Below, piece after piece: positions 13,724 through 26,249 of a DNA stretch of 64,000 nt. The DNA lies in the NCBI RefSeq assembly GCF_048593235.1, contig NC_133620.1, forward strand, positions 291,167,765 through 291,231,764, written 5' to 3'. The notes below the pieces were generated by a model. That model was not told the origin of the DNA. It made no database searches and saw only the letters and a list, made by a program, of their open reading frames with translations. The stretch is from Sminthopsis crassicaudata. Lineage: Eukaryota. Positions within the stretch are counted from its first letter, which is position 1. Each line of letters begins with the position of its first letter. The translations under genes and the position numbers were made by a program.

Positions 13724-14258
13724 GTACAAAGTTGAAGGGACATTGTGGGAGTAGGGAAGATGGAATTCAAAGATGTTAGAGAACAAGTAAGATATTTGTA
13801 AAACCATTAGCACAATGTAGCACATAGTAGACATTTAACAAATGCTTTTTTCCTCCCTCCATCTCATTGTAAAGAGTCCTAGAAATATGAGGATATAGGG
13901 GAAGAAAGGAGATAAGAAAGGTACACTGCCTGGTACATAGTAGGTACCTAATGTTTATTGGTTGATAAAAGGACATTGGGATAACTCAGGAGGCAATGGT
14001 ATGGGCATGGGAACACATGAATATAAGGGCACTTGAATTAATGGAAAATTAATGTAAAGAGGATACAAAATAATTAAGTATTGACTTGTTTTGGGAAAGC
14101 AGTGGATGGAATGCTGGGCTGGAATCAGGAAGATCTGAGTCAAATCTGGCCTCAGACACTAGCTATGTAACCCTGGGCAAATCATTTAACCCCTTTTTGC
14201 CTCAGTTCCTCATCTGTAAAATGGGGACACACTGGAAAAGGAAATGAGAATTCATTCC

Positions 14259-14712
14259 TGTAATGTTCTGGTTGGTTTTCTAGAGGTCTTGGAGAAGCCT
14301 TTGTTTCAGCAGAGTAATCACCATGAGAATAGCCAGCGATAAAGTCTGAACTCTTTATTGCCTCCTTTAAAAAGTCAAGTTTCCTTGCCTGGGTCCTGGG
14401 CCAGCTTTTCTTTCAGATGGGACTTGGTTTCAGTGGCGAAATGAAGGAGACCCACCAGGACCCTGATCAAAGATGGAATGTCTCTCTGAGTCTGTGTCCG
14501 AGCCCTCTCGCAGTCTGTCTCCTTCGTAGTCTTGTTTCCTTGCCTGGGACTCAGGCTACCTTTCTTGGAGGCTTTCCTGAGGCTTGGTTTCAGTGGAGAA
14601 ATGAAGGAGGACAGGCCTGCCACCACAGTGGTGTGAGATGGAATGAATCTGTCTGGCTGAGTTTGTCCCAGCTTATATGCTCTATTCTAATTACATTATC
14701 TTAGGTGTGAAT
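14259..14712 (-). mobile_element. LTR-like repeat (antisense)
   Basis: Begins TGTAAT, with a reverse polyA signal (CTCTTTATT) near the start. Architecture resembles the other solo LTRs here; right end approximate. Confidence 0.45.
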
Positions 14713-15734
14713 CTTGTGGAACTATATTAAGTACTAAGTGCATGTACTGAACTAGAGAACCATTAAGCACCATACTAAACTAGATAGCCATTGTCTTTTC
14801 AATTCCACCGAGCTAACACCTTGTAAGAATCCTTGTTTCAAGTACAGAATTCTGGCCCATCACACATTCCAATATCTTTACCAAGAAAATCTGTTAGACA
14901 AAGTCCATGGCATCACACAGAGCTAGAAATCACTGAACAACAACAAAAGTTTGGGAAGGAGGGCACTCACAGCTAATGAGGATCCTTTTGGATCATGCAG
15001 AAGGTGATACTAGAGTTATATATTCTGAAGGCAAAGAGAAATTCTCTTAGGCAGAGTTAAGAATTACATTCTAGGCAAGAGCTGCAGCCAGTGCAAAAAT
15101 ATGGATGGGATGATGGAGTGATACATGTGAGGAACAAAAAGAAAGCCAGTTTGACTAGACTAAAACATGCAGGAAGAGGAATAATATCCAGTGAATCTAG
15201 AAACACAGGTTGTGGGCAGGTTGTGTAGGGTTCTAAAAGCTAAACAGAAAGAAAAGCTAATTAGGAAAGTCCTATGTCAAATGTACATTTAAGGAAAAAT
15301 CTCTTTGGCAGCAATGTGTAAGTTAGACAAGAATGAGAAATCAGGACAGGGAGAACAATGAGGAAATTGTCATAGTAATAGAAGCAAGAGGCAATAAGGA
15401 AGGGCCAGAGGTGAAGATTTGAGAAAAACAAGTTCATAAACGCAAGAGATTGGAAGAATAGTGATTTTTTTTTCAACAGAAACAGAAAAATTGGGAAGAA
15501 AGATAAATTATGGGGAAAAGATAATGAGTTACACAAGGATCACAGGAAGATCACAAGAAAGAAGTGGAAAGATAGGCGAATATAAAAGCAGAAGACTGGG
15601 GGAGGAATAGGAAAAGAAAAAAGAAAAATAGGGAGTGACAAGGAGTAAGCAGGGAGATTCAGAAACCTCTAGAGAGAATATAAGGTAACATAGGGACCAC
15701 AATCTATTCTCTCTCTCTCTCCTCCCCACTCTAG

Positions 15735-15889
15735 GTCTTCTGTGCAGCTATAGGATATGTGCCTGAGTCGGCTCTGCCACCCCAAAGCCCAACATAGTAC
15801 CAACACCATCTCAGGAGTCATACTTTGTCTATGCCAGACTGACTACTCCGGGCCCACCTGCCATCAGGATCTGGATGAATGTCAGATGG
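15735..15889 (+). pseudogene. NOTCH4: NOTCH4 exon 7 remnant (EGF)
   Basis: AG/GT bounded, 155 nt. LLC[1-nt deletion]QL*DMCLSRLCHPKAQHSTNTISGVILCLCQTDYSGPTCHQDLDECQM; TAG at 15751-15753. Confidence 0.95.
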
Positions 15890-16889
15890 GTGAGAAACCT
15901 CAGTATTCAGTTCTGCCCCATAACGTATATGCCAACATCATTATTAAAAAACTCAGACAAGTCATGAGAGGCCCAAAGGAAATCTTATATAAAATCTGGA
16001 GATAGAAAAAAAAGGTAACAACTTTGCCAGCTCAGTAAAATTCTCTTGAAAGAAGTTGAAATTGAATTATACTTTAAAAGATGAGTAGCAATTCAACAGA
16101 TGGAGAAAGAAAAGGAAGGCATTCCAGACCTAGGGAAGTTTTTTGAAGAAGGCATGGAGGTGGGAAAGTACAAAATGAGCTATCTGGGGAACAGCAAGCA
16201 GCTGAGCCAAGGTGGAGCATCAACTATGTGGGAGGAAATACAAGGCAGGAAGAAACAGACTCCAGTGCCAGACTAAGGACTCTGAGCTTTATTAGGCAAT
16301 AAAAAAGCCACTGAAAAACACAGCCACCACCTAATTCTGGCCTTTATCATCTTCTCTCTAGAAACTGTAGTAACCTCCTAATTGGTCTCTGCCTCAAATC
16401 TTCCTCCCACACATATTTCCAATATATTTTCTACCCAACTGCCAAAATGATTTTTCTTTATTGTGTAACATGCTATTTATTCCCTTACTCAATAAACTTG
16501 ACTTCCTAATTACCTCTAGGATCAAGTATCAATTCTCTGTTAGTATTTTCAGAATCTCATAAGTAAGTTCCAAGCTACCTTTCCAAGCTTATTCCACTCC
16601 ATCTTCTTCACACAACATACAGTCTGGACGATCTTACCTTCTTAACTAAGTCTCTCTTACTTGCAATAGCATCACACCTGATCCTCCAGGGGTCAAAGTA
16701 GACTGTTTTTTCTAGAAAATTCCCTGCATAAATTTGAGTAGGATACAAAGTAGACCTTTAAGATCCCTGAAAAAGGTCCCAACAAGCAAGCACAGTTAGA
16801 AATTGAGAATTTCCCAATGTTCTAGTGACTGCTGAAAAGGGAATAGCAAAGATGTGGACCAAAGATACAAATTCTTAATTACCTATCTG

Positions 16890-17189
16890 TGTAAGAGTCC
16901 TTTTATGAGACAAGCCCAGTGCAAACAGGAGATTTGAGTGGCCTGGAAGTAATTTCTGTGGCTAGGGACTGCCAGTAATGGGAGACGGCTCCCTCGCTGA
17001 TTGGCTGCATAGGACCTCACAGACCCTTTTTAAGCCCACTGCAGCAGGAGGTCGCTCTCTTTCCTGGGTCTCTCACAGACCAGGTGTTCAATTGGGAGTT
17101 AACAGGTCAGGGCGTTATGTGAGCAAGTATAATAAAGACTTTAAGTTTGCACCCTGTCGAATATGGTTGCATAGTCTTCTCACTATACA
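16890..17189 (+). mobile_element. solo LTR-like element
   Basis: TGTAAG...TACA termini, with GATTGG box, TTTAAG TATA-like element and AATAAA (~17131) in LTR order. Confidence 0.5.
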
Positions 17190-17447
17190 GAAACTGAACT
17201 AAATCCATAACTGAATAGAAAGGGAACTGAGCTAGATCCAGTATTGAGTCAGAAGATGAAATTAGTGTTGTTCTCAATTTTCAATTCCTTCACCTATCGC
17301 TTCTGTTCTTTGTGCCTCTGTTACTCTAGGCTAGTATTTTAGGCCATCACACAAATCACCAAACCTGTGCTAAAACATTTAGGATGGCAATGATATGACT
17401 AAGAAGTTAGGATATAACTAAGGTAGGTGTTGGGAGCCTCAATCTCT

Positions 17448-18218
17448 TTATTTTTTTAATTTAATTTTTGCAATTAAATTTAATTTAAAAATAAAATTTT
17501 ATGCATAGGTAATTTTTCAGCATTGACAATTGCAAAACCTTGTGTTTCAACTTTTCCCCTCCTGCCCCCCACCCCTTCCCCAAGATGGCAGGTTGACCAA
17601 TACACGTTCAATATGTTAAAGTATAAGTTAAATACAATATATGTATACATATCCAAACAGTTATTTTGCTCTACAAAAAAAAAAATCAGACTTTGAAATA
17701 GTGTACAACTAGCCTGTGAAGGAAATCCAAAATGCAGGCGGACAAAATTAGAGGGATTGGGATTCTATGTAGTGATTCATAGTCATCTCCCGGAGTTCTT
17801 TCGCTGGGTGTAGCTGGTTCAATTCATTACTGCTCTATTGGAACTGATTTGGTTCATCTCATTGTTGAACAGGGCCTTGTTCATCAGAATTGATCATCAT
17901 ACAGTACTGTTGTTGAAGTATATAATGATCTCCTGGGCCTGCTCATTTCACTCATCATCAGTTCATGTAAGTCTCTCCAGGCCTTTCTGAAATCATCCTG
18001 TTGGTCAATTCTTACAGAACAATAATATTCCATAACATTCATATACTATTATTTACCCAACCATTCTCCAATTTATGGGCATCCACTCAGTTTCCAGTTT
18101 CTGGCCACTACAAAGAGGACTGCCACAAACATTCTTACACATGCAGGTCCCTTTCCCTTCTTTAAAATCTCTTTGGGATTTTAGTAGTAGTAGTAACGTA
18201 GTAGTAGTAGTAGTAGTC

Positions 18219-18266
<48 letters not shown>

Positions 18267-18518
18267 ACACTGCTGGATCAAAGGGTATGCACAGTTTGAT
18301 AACTCTTTGAGCATAATTCCAAATTGCTCTCTAGAATGGCTGAATGTATGCACAATTCAACAATAATGTATCAGTGTCCCAATTTTCCCACATCCCCTCC
18401 AACATTCTGCATTATCTTTCCCTGTCATTCTAGCTAATCTGACAGGTGTGTAGTGGTATCTGAGTTGTCTTAATTTGCATTTCTCTGATTAATAATGACT
18501 TGGAGCATCTTTTCATAT
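17448..18518 (-). mobile_element. 5'-truncated LINE-1 (3' end)
   Basis: Reverse complement of the same ORF2 C-terminus/3'UTR family as 7722-8812. TSD GGGAGCCTCAATCTCT (17432-17447) / GGGAGCTGCAATCTCT (18519-18534). Confidence 0.93.
18183..18266. repeat. (TAG)n microsatellite inside L1
   Basis: Near-pure AGT/TAG trinucleotide run with two interruptions. Confidence 0.97.
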
Positions 18519-19335
18519 GGGAGCTGCAATCTCTAAGCTGATTGGCAAAGCCCAGCACTCATGCAGGAACATTTCCTTCTATGATTCTCATTAGTGGACT
18601 ACTATTTCCTATATTATTTATAATTGGCTTGATTGTAGCACTAAAACATTATCTAAAAAAATCTGGTGACAAGGGGAATTTGGGCAAGTTAACTAGAAAT
18701 GATTCCACATGCATATTCTGTCCTAATAAAACTAATCTCTCACTGAGACAAATGATAAAGGGGAGAACACCATGGAAAGCATTGTCACTATCAGAGAGAA
18801 TCCAAAGATCAAAAAAATAATAGTGTTTACCAACTTAGACTCAGAAAAGATCAGTAACCAAAAGATGGTTAAAGTATAACTAAGAATTCCCCTAAATGCC
18901 TATGTACACAGTTCCAAGTCAGGGAAATAGAGGAATCAAACAATCCATAGAATTGATAAAAAAGACATAACAAAATTCACTGACATTTAACCTTGTATAT
19001 CATTTGCCTTTCATTATTGGCTTCGAATAATGTAATCAATAATTCACACTTAACCAAAAAAAACTTACTCAAATATTAAATGTCAAATATAGTAACACAT
19101 AAAGGTCAATAATTCACATATCTGAAGACTATGTTGACCTAAAGAAAAATATATAATCATGATATAGTATAAAATAAAGCCTAAACGAGCCTGAGAGAAG
19201 TAGGAGCATCACTTCCATCTCAAACCACCCCACAACTCCTGTTTTCCTTTGACACCGACCCTATTCCTCCCACTCAACCCCCTGGACCCCCTGCAGAGGC
19301 TGGACCTCTGCAGGTAGGCAACCAACTGTTATTTT

Positions 19336-19479
19336 TTTTTCCTCCCCTGAGGCTAGGGTTAAGTGACTTGCCCAGGGTCACACAACTTGGAAGTGTTAAG
19401 TGTCTGAGATCACATTTGAACTCGGGTCCTCCTGAATTCAAGGCTGGTGCTCTATCCACTGTGCCACCTAGCTGCCCCC
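19336..19479 (-). mobile_element. WSINE1-like SINE
   Basis: Full antisense SINE with poly-T. TSD CCA(A/G)CTGTTATTTT on both sides. Confidence 0.92.
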
Positions 19480-19585
19480 ATCCAGCTGTTATTTTAATAC
19501 AGAAGTTGAGGAGGGTATATTCTTACTTATTATGGCTGGCTATTTTTTGTCTATTAGTTGATTTAGTTCATAATTTTAACAACTT

Positions 19586-19667
19586 GGGGGCAGCTAGGTG
19601 GCGCAGTGGATAGAGTACCAGCCTTCAATTCAGGAGGACCCGAGTTCAAATGTGATCTCAGACACTT
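19586..19667 (+). mobile_element. WSINE1-like SINE 5' part running into a gap
   Basis: GGGGGCAGCTAGGTGGCGCAGTGGATAGAG...GAGTTCAAAT, then N. Confidence 0.9.
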
Positions 19668-19806
19668 NNNNNNNNNNNNNNNNNNNNNNNNNNNNNNNNN
19701 NNNNNNNNNNNNNNNNNNNNNNNNNNNNNNNNNNNNNNNNNNNNNNNNNNNNNNNNNNNNNNNNNNNNNNNNNNNNNNNNNNNNNNNNNNNNNNNNNNNN
19801 NNNNNN
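19668..19806. other. assembly gap (139 N)
   Basis: Run of N. Confidence 1.
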
Positions 19807-19809
19807 TTC

Positions 19810-20790
19810 TATTAGTATAATCAAATCATATGATTTATATCATCTCAATTCCAATGATCCCAGATCTTTATATCCAGCTCTCATCTCTTTCCAGAACACC
19901 AGTTCTGCATCACAATCTTGCAACTGGACTTCTACCTGGATGTCCCATAAATATCTCCAAATCAACATGTCCCAAATAGAGCTCATTATCTTTTCCCTTA
20001 AATTTCCTCAATTATTTCTTTTGAGAATACCACCAATCTCCCAATCATCTAAATACACAATCCTTTCCCTAGCCTTACCTCACATTATATAAGCAGTTAC
20101 CAAGATTTACCTTCACTTCTCAACTCTACTAAGCCAATTGTTCTTATCTCCACTCATATGGTCTAATTCCATTCATACCATCCTCTCTCTAAACTATTTA
20201 CAAGTTTCCAAATTGTTATCATAGCTTTCATTCTCTACCCCTCTTCAAACCATCCTCCACACAGTTAGTAAAATAATCCTCCTAAAGCAGAAGTTTGACC
20301 ACAGGGCCAGCCACATAAGATCATTAATGTGTATTAATTAAATGTCCAAAAACCTTCAGCATCTCTTCATTGTCCCTAGGATACAGTACAAATTCCCTAG
20401 ACAGCCATTTAAGACATTCCCAATATTTACTTTCCCAGCCTCATTTCAAACAACTTCCATTCGTGAATTTCACATTTTAGCTAAACTGGACTTCTAACCA
20501 TTCCATGAACTCCTTATCTATCCCTCCTCTATTCACATATAAGCCATTTCCCATGCCTCAAATGCACTAATTATCTGTACTTCTTAGCATCCTTCTCATA
20601 CTTCAATGCTCAACTCTATTGCTAACTCCTCTATAAAGTCTTTCTGACAATTACTGACCTCTCCTTTTTTTCGTACTATTCTTGTCCTCCAAGTATTAAT
20701 GTAAACTTCTTGAGAATATGCAATGCCATGTTTTTTTAGTCTTCACGTCAAAAGTCCCTAATAAAGTGTTAGGCATACAGTAAGCACTTT
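19810..20790. mobile_element. ancient LINE-2 fragment(s)
   Basis: TCTACCTGGATGTCCCAT...CAACATGTCCCAAATAGAGCTCATTATCTT is typical L2 3' sequence; highly diverged. Confidence 0.6.
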
Positions 20791-22061
20791 TCATTAAATT
20801 CTCCTGTTACCAAAGCCCACTCCTAAAGCCACTCCTATCTTTGAGGAACAAAATATCAATGGACATGACAAGGCCTTCCAGTTTTCCTCTGCCTAGCCCA
20901 GAATTGCCCGTCAGAGGCCTTCTCTGAGCTGATCATTTTGTCCAAGTATATGTCCAGGAATCTTTAGACACTATTACTATATCCAAATTTCAGACCCCTT
21001 ACTTTGAAAATATTTTTCTCTAGGTTCTTGGGTCCCAGTCTGATTTTCTCACTACCACCACCCAATGTTTCCACTTCAGAACTGACATTTCTCAACTCAA
21101 GCCTAATCTAAGACTGATCCTGTTATTTTTCCTTTTCTTTACTAGCCCCTCAAGGAAATATAGCTTTCTAAGAATATTTATTAGTGACAAAAAGAACAGA
21201 CTGAGAGGAAAATTCCCAAGAAGTTGTTAGCTTTGAGGTTAGAAAAGGGGACTCCAAAAGTCTGGGGTCATAGACTGGTGTCATGAGGTGTCTCAAAAGA
21301 ATTAGCAGGCTTTAGCCAAGGGGCAAACTTTATTGTAAGAGTAACACCATTACATAAGTCTGGAATTCTAAGAGAATTTAGCAGAGAAACAGAAGCAAGG
21401 AGGCACATATATCCAGCTTTCAATCATTGGCATTCTAAGACTCAGGAGTGGTCTCCAGAATTTGGTTCTCACTGACCAGCAGATTATCACTATTGTCAGG
21501 AGTTTGGTCCAAGGGATTATCCTAAGGCCAGAAGCTATCTAACAGTCAGCAATGAATTGAGGAGTAATCTATTTAAAATCAGACAGATTGTTGTTCTTAG
21601 ATTTGGAGTGTGGGAAGTCCCTGAGGCAGACTCCAAAGTCAGAAGATTTAGGATTACTGACTTATTATTAGAAGAGAAACACCCCCTAAAATCAGGGAAC
21701 CACAAAATCATATTATATCATTAAAATTTAAAGCCTTCCAAGTTGAATGTCAAATTTTGAGTGGATTGCAAAATTCACTATCCAGCCTGATTTCCGCAGA
21801 GTTCTAAGTTATTTATGTCCTGCTCAATCTCTTCATTTCTCCTTTAATATCTCAATGGAAATCTAAAATCTCTCTTTCAGATTGGGAGGTTCTGCCCCTG
21901 CATTCTTTTGCATTTCTATTGTTCCTAGAAGAAAATAGAAAGATTATGTACAATATTTACTCTGATATGACAGCTGAGGTCAGAATCATCTGAATAATTT
22001 AAGAGAGATCAAACAGCCATGTCTGCCCCTGAACACAAGGAAATAAGTAATATACCAAATG

Positions 22062-22218
22062 GGGGGCATCTAGGTGGCGCGGTGGATAGAGCACCAGCCT
22101 TGAATTCAGGAGGACCCGAGTTCAAATCTGGTCTCAGACACTTAACACTTCTTAGCTGTGTGACCCTGGGCAAGTCACTTAACCCTAGCCTCAGAAAAAG
22201 AAAGAAAAAAAAAAAAAT
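22062..22218 (+). mobile_element. WSINE1-like SINE
   Basis: Full SINE with A-rich tail, flanked by ATACCAAATGGG / ATACCACATGGG. Confidence 0.92.
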
Positions 22219-22435
22219 AGTATACCACATGGGTTTTGAAATTAGGGTTACATAATCAATTTTATTTTCAGATCCCCATTCTCTCCCTCCCACTCATGCT
22301 CTACCCTCCATTGAGAAAGCAAGAAACACAAAATCCCTGTTCTTAAGAGTTTGGCAGAGGGAAAGAGGGATGAAGGTCCCAAGTGAACCAAATTGGAGGG
22401 GATGCATGAACTCATTTGATTTACTCAACCTGTAG

Positions 22436-22549
22436 ATTTTGAGGGACAGCTCTGTGAGGTGGACACAGATGAATGTGCATCAGAGCCCTGCCAGCACTAG
22501 GGCATCTCCCATGATCAACAGAGCAGTTTCTTGTGTATCTGCCTTCCTG
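22436..22549 (+). pseudogene. NOTCH4: NOTCH4 exon 9 remnant (EGF)
   Basis: 114 nt, AG/GT. FEGQLCEVDTDECASEPCQH*GISHDQQSSFLCICLP; TAG at 22498-22500. Confidence 0.95.
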
Positions 22550-22714
22550 GTGAGTTTCTCATACCTGTACTATCACTACCACCACCCATGCCCTAAATGC
22601 CCTAAATACTCCTTACTCTGGAACTCCAGCCTCCTTCACTCTGAACTCCCTATTACCACATAACCTCAACACCTGCCTCCCTATAAAACAATCCCCACTT
22701 CCTCAAACCCCTTC

Positions 22715-23203
22715 TGTAATGCCAGAGAAATAAGACAGAGATTAAAGGTTTTTAATATTTTAATTGTGGAAAGTTTGACTGTCAAAGCCAGCCAACTTGA
22801 ATGTGATTCTTGTCTCAAAATATTCATCGAAGATCAAATAATTCCAGAGACTTTTATAGGGCTCCAGCAATCAGTGAAACAAAGGGGGAGGAGCAGAGCA
22901 CTGATAGAGTGGAAATTCCAGGAAGGACCATAACTTTTTAATTCTGACAGGTTGGGGGTGAAGAATGAAGGATCACAAATTCTGATAAGTTGGGGGAGTG
23001 AAGAAGTTAGGAGACAAGAAGTCTGGGCCCAGGAGATGCCCAAGCATTTGAGATAAGCCATCTGGAGTTTCACAGCCCTAATTATCTCAGTCCTAATGGC
23101 CAGGAACAGGGGTGGAGGGGGATTTCCATCAGGGAAACTGAGGTAAAACAATTCAGGGAAACTGAAGCAAAACTATTCAGGGAATCTGAAGCATTATACT
23201 TCA
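22715..23203 (-). mobile_element. solo LTR-like repeat (antisense)
   Basis: TGTAAT...TTCA termini. Same family as the L1-split copy at 38699-39986. Confidence 0.65.
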
Positions 23204-23538
23204 AATCTCCCATCCCACCACTGACCACAAGTTGCCCTATACACAAGTTGTCTGTCTGTTTACTTAACTCTTATGCCCCCAATATTTATTTCTATCTTCT
23301 AACTACCTCCTCCGTGTCTTCTAGATTTCATTGTCTCTTCCTCCTCCTTTACCTCTATACCCTTTCTGCCTGAATCTCCTCTTTAGCCCTTATCCAGAAG
23401 CCCTTATCTTTTCCTCCAGCTTCTTTAGTTGTCCCTTCTATATTTTTGTTCCCAACATATTCCCAGAACATCTACATTCCTTGGGAAACTCTCCCAGATA
23501 CACCTTTTTAACTTTATCCCTTCCCACATTTACACTAG

Positions 23539-23658
23539 GTTTTACTGCCCCCCCCCCCTATTGTGAGGAGTATGTAGATGAGTATGCCAGTTTTCTATGT
23601 GCTCATGGTGGAATGTGCCAAGACCAGCTTGGGGCCTTTCATTGCCAACGTCCTTCAG
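23539..23658 (+). pseudogene. NOTCH4: NOTCH4 exon 10 remnant (EGF)
   Basis: AG/GT, 120 nt (C-run expanded by 6). FTAPPPPYCEEYVDEYASFLCAHGGMCQDQLGAFHCQRPS; two conserved Cys lost. Confidence 0.93.
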
Positions 23659-23787
23659 GTGAGAACTAGAGTAGGAGAGGAAGGGACAGAGCAGCAGGAT
23701 GCCTTAAAATTGTATGGGGCGGAAGAAGTTGTACATTTCAAAAGGTTTCAAATTTCAACTGCCTCCTTTTTTTCCCCACATATACAG

Positions 23788-23895
23788 GATTTGAAAGTTT
23801 TCAATGTCAGGTAGAAATAAATGAATGTCTTAGTGACCCCTGACTCTTAGGATCTAGCTGTCTTGATTTCCCTGGCTCCTTTTCCTGCCTCCCCA
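23788..23895 (+). pseudogene. NOTCH4: NOTCH4 exon 11 remnant (EGF)
   Basis: GFESFQCQVEINECLSDP*LLGSSCLDFPGSFSCL vs GFEGPRCQTEVDECLSDPCPVGASCLDLPGAFFCL. TGA at 23841-23843; 3' end and donor lost. Confidence 0.92.
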
Positions 23896-24187
23896 CACAC
23901 ACACAAATGTTATAGATCAGCAGGAAATTGGATTAAAAATAAAAGATACTTGAATTATATTGAGGATTAAAGGAGTGGGGGAAGACAAGAGAGACATTTT
24001 CAGAATGAGGTGAAAAGCACTGTGAGGTCAATATTAGTGTCAACTATTGTGCCCAGGATTCAGCTGGGAAAGACTGGGATTAGAGGACAAAGTTCTTGAG
24101 TGTATAGAGGCTAAGGGCCCCTTGATAGGTACATAGAAGATGACTCTGAAAGTCTGACTCTTCTGCCTTGTCTTTCATCTACCCTAA

Positions 24188-24338
24188 GACAAGTCTGTGA
24201 GTTCTTGTGCCCTCCCTCCTGTGGATGCCCTCCAAAGTGGGGATGGCAAACAGAAAACCACTGTCTCTACCCTGATGGAAACCCCAACTGTTCCCCTACC
24301 AAAGGCAACTGAATCTGTAAATATGGACAGTGCCAAAA
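24188..24338 (+). pseudogene. NOTCH4: NOTCH4 exon 12 remnant (EGF)
   Basis: GQVCEFLCPPSCGCPPKWGWQTENHCLYPDGNPNCSPTKGN*ICKYGQCQ vs GQLCEVPLC...ANCLCPDGSPGCAPPEDNCTCHHGHCQ. TGA at 24310-24312; acceptor reads AA, donor reads GC. Confidence 0.85.
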
Positions 24339-25126
24339 GCAATATCTCCCCACATTCCACTTCTAAACATTCCCTTTCATTGGGATTAGGAAGGAAACAA
24401 GGGAACATGGGCAATAGTGGGACAATTAGCAAATGGTCAACAGTGAGAGAACAGATGGTAGTGATTCCAGTAAAAAGTGAGATTCCCAATGTTCAGAGAT
24501 TTTCAGTTCTTTGAATAATCTTTCAGATTATTTGAAGTTCATAATCGGGTCACCCTTCAATTTTCATTATTAGATGCATCACTCAGAGAGAGAAAAGCCT
24601 TTGCCTCCAAGCTACACCCCCCCCATATCTCTACCTTGCCACCATTTGCACCTACAAATGTGGACGATGCTGAGAACCACAGACCTGGAAGGGACCGCAG
24701 AAGTCATCTAGTTGTACTCACTTTACTGATAAGGAAATTGAAGCTTAGCAATGTTAAGTGACTTGCCCAAGGTCCATAAATATTAACTGTCTGAGGCAAG
24801 ATTTGAACTCTGTTCTTCTGATTCCAAGCCCAGTAATCTATTCATTACCCCATGCTGCCTCTACCATAAGGAGGAAAGATCTTTTGGGTCAGAGCTGATG
24901 GTGGAAGAGATCTTTAGTTCTAGTCAATGGAAAAAAAAAACCAGTTATTTTGTTGAGAATATTTTGAAAAGGGAAAGTCAACTAAGAATTGAAATCAATA
25001 ACAAAGTCAATGGAAATAATCGGTCAGCAGCAAGGAGAGAAGGAAAGTCGGGTGGGGGTCGAATTGAAATGATTGATTTTCTCATACATATGTGTCCAAT
25101 ATACACACTTCTCCAGCCTCACCTAG

Positions 25127-25250
25127 AGCTACATGTGTGTGTGATGTGAGGAGGAGTTGGGAGGCTGTGTTTCAGAGCCTTGTGCCCATGGGAATACATG
25201 CCATTCCTGGTCTCATGGTTACAACTGCACCTACCCCAGTAGATACACAG
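25127..25250 (+). pseudogene. NOTCH4: NOTCH4 exon 13 remnant (EGF)
   Basis: ATCVCDV[22-nt frameshifting deletion]EELGGCVSEPCAHGNTCHSWSHGYNCTYPSRYT; AG/GT bounded. Confidence 0.95.
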
Positions 25251-25440
25251 GTGAGAACTCTTTTGACAACCTAAGGTCAAATTTTGGAGTGGGAAAAGAA
25301 AGGAAGGAAGGGAAGGGAAGACCTATAGGAATGGAGAAATAAAGAGGAATGGAAGGAAGATAAAAGAGGGGACATACTAGAAAGGAAGAAAAGGCAAAGA
25401 AACAAGTCTTCTGGGTTAGGCTTTTGGCTATTTATCTTAG

Positions 25441-25576
25441 GCTCTACCTGTCCTGAGGACCAGGCCATGTCTTACCAGTGGCTCCTGCAGCCCTACCCCT
25501 GAAGATAACTTCTGCATCTGCCTTCCTAATTATACTATATTCTATTGTCAGATCAGCATGGACCAGTGAACATCTG
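25441..25576 (+). pseudogene. NOTCH4: NOTCH4 exon 14 remnant (EGF)
   Basis: STCPED[17-nt deletion]RPCLTSGSCSPTPEDNFCICLPNYTIFYCQISMDQ*TS; TGA at 25567-25569. Confidence 0.92.
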
Positions 25577-25702
25577 GTGAGAGACTATTGTAGGCTAGGT
25601 ACTGAGCCAGTAGCATTGGCTGAGTTCAACTTGTCTAAGTACAATTAAGTAATGATTTATGTTGAATGGAATAAGAGACACTGTTCTAAACTTCTAAACT
25701 AA

Positions 25703-25853
25703 ACTCCCTAGATTTCTGTGCTCCAGATCCCTGTATTAGCCTACTGCTCCCAGCCTGACTCCTCCTTCCAATGTATTTGCCCTGGGGGCTAGACAGGTCC
25801 TCTCAGTGAACTGCCCCTCTTTCTCTCTCTGCTAAGTGGATGCCCTGAACCAA
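25703..25853 (+). pseudogene. NOTCH4: NOTCH4 exon 17 remnant (EGF); exons 15-16 absent from the 126-nt gap before it
   Basis: DFCAPDPC[shift]YCSQPDSSFQCICPGG*TGPLSELPL...DALNQ vs DLCAQKPC..HCLQTGPSFHCLCLQGWTGPLCNLPL...AALSQ. Trp to TAG at 25790-25792. Confidence 0.85.
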
Positions 25854-26249
25854 CATATCTATCCTAGGATCTATTTAGGTGGTCCATACTCAAAGGACTG
25901 GCCACCCATCAACCCAGATGATTATTAATGTGTTTATATGATGCTTTCAGGTTTAAAAAGCATTTTCTTCACAAATATCATTATCCCCATTATATAGATG
26001 AAAAAACTGAAGCTGAATGATTGTTTGTGATCACTTGTTTGAGAGTCATGACTCTTTCTAGTCCAACAATCTTTCCGTTATCACACAAGTTAATACACTA
26101 TTTCTTAAAACAAATCAACTTTAATTGACATAGTTCAAATACAGTCACAGCAGTTGGATATAATTTAGCTACACCTAACAAACTTCAACAAACCATAAGT
26201 CAATAACATTTCCAACTCAATATAATTGAACTCAAAATATTAAGAGTTG

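Noticed and set aside
18075-18353. Poly-Val and poly-Tyr ORFs
   Set aside because: Artefacts of the (TAG)n microsatellite within L1.
20850-20950. Possible NOTCH4 exon 8 remnant (…CTCTGCCTA…GCTGATCAT…)
   Set aside because: Only scattered short matches and no coherent Cys spacing; not supportable without an alignment.
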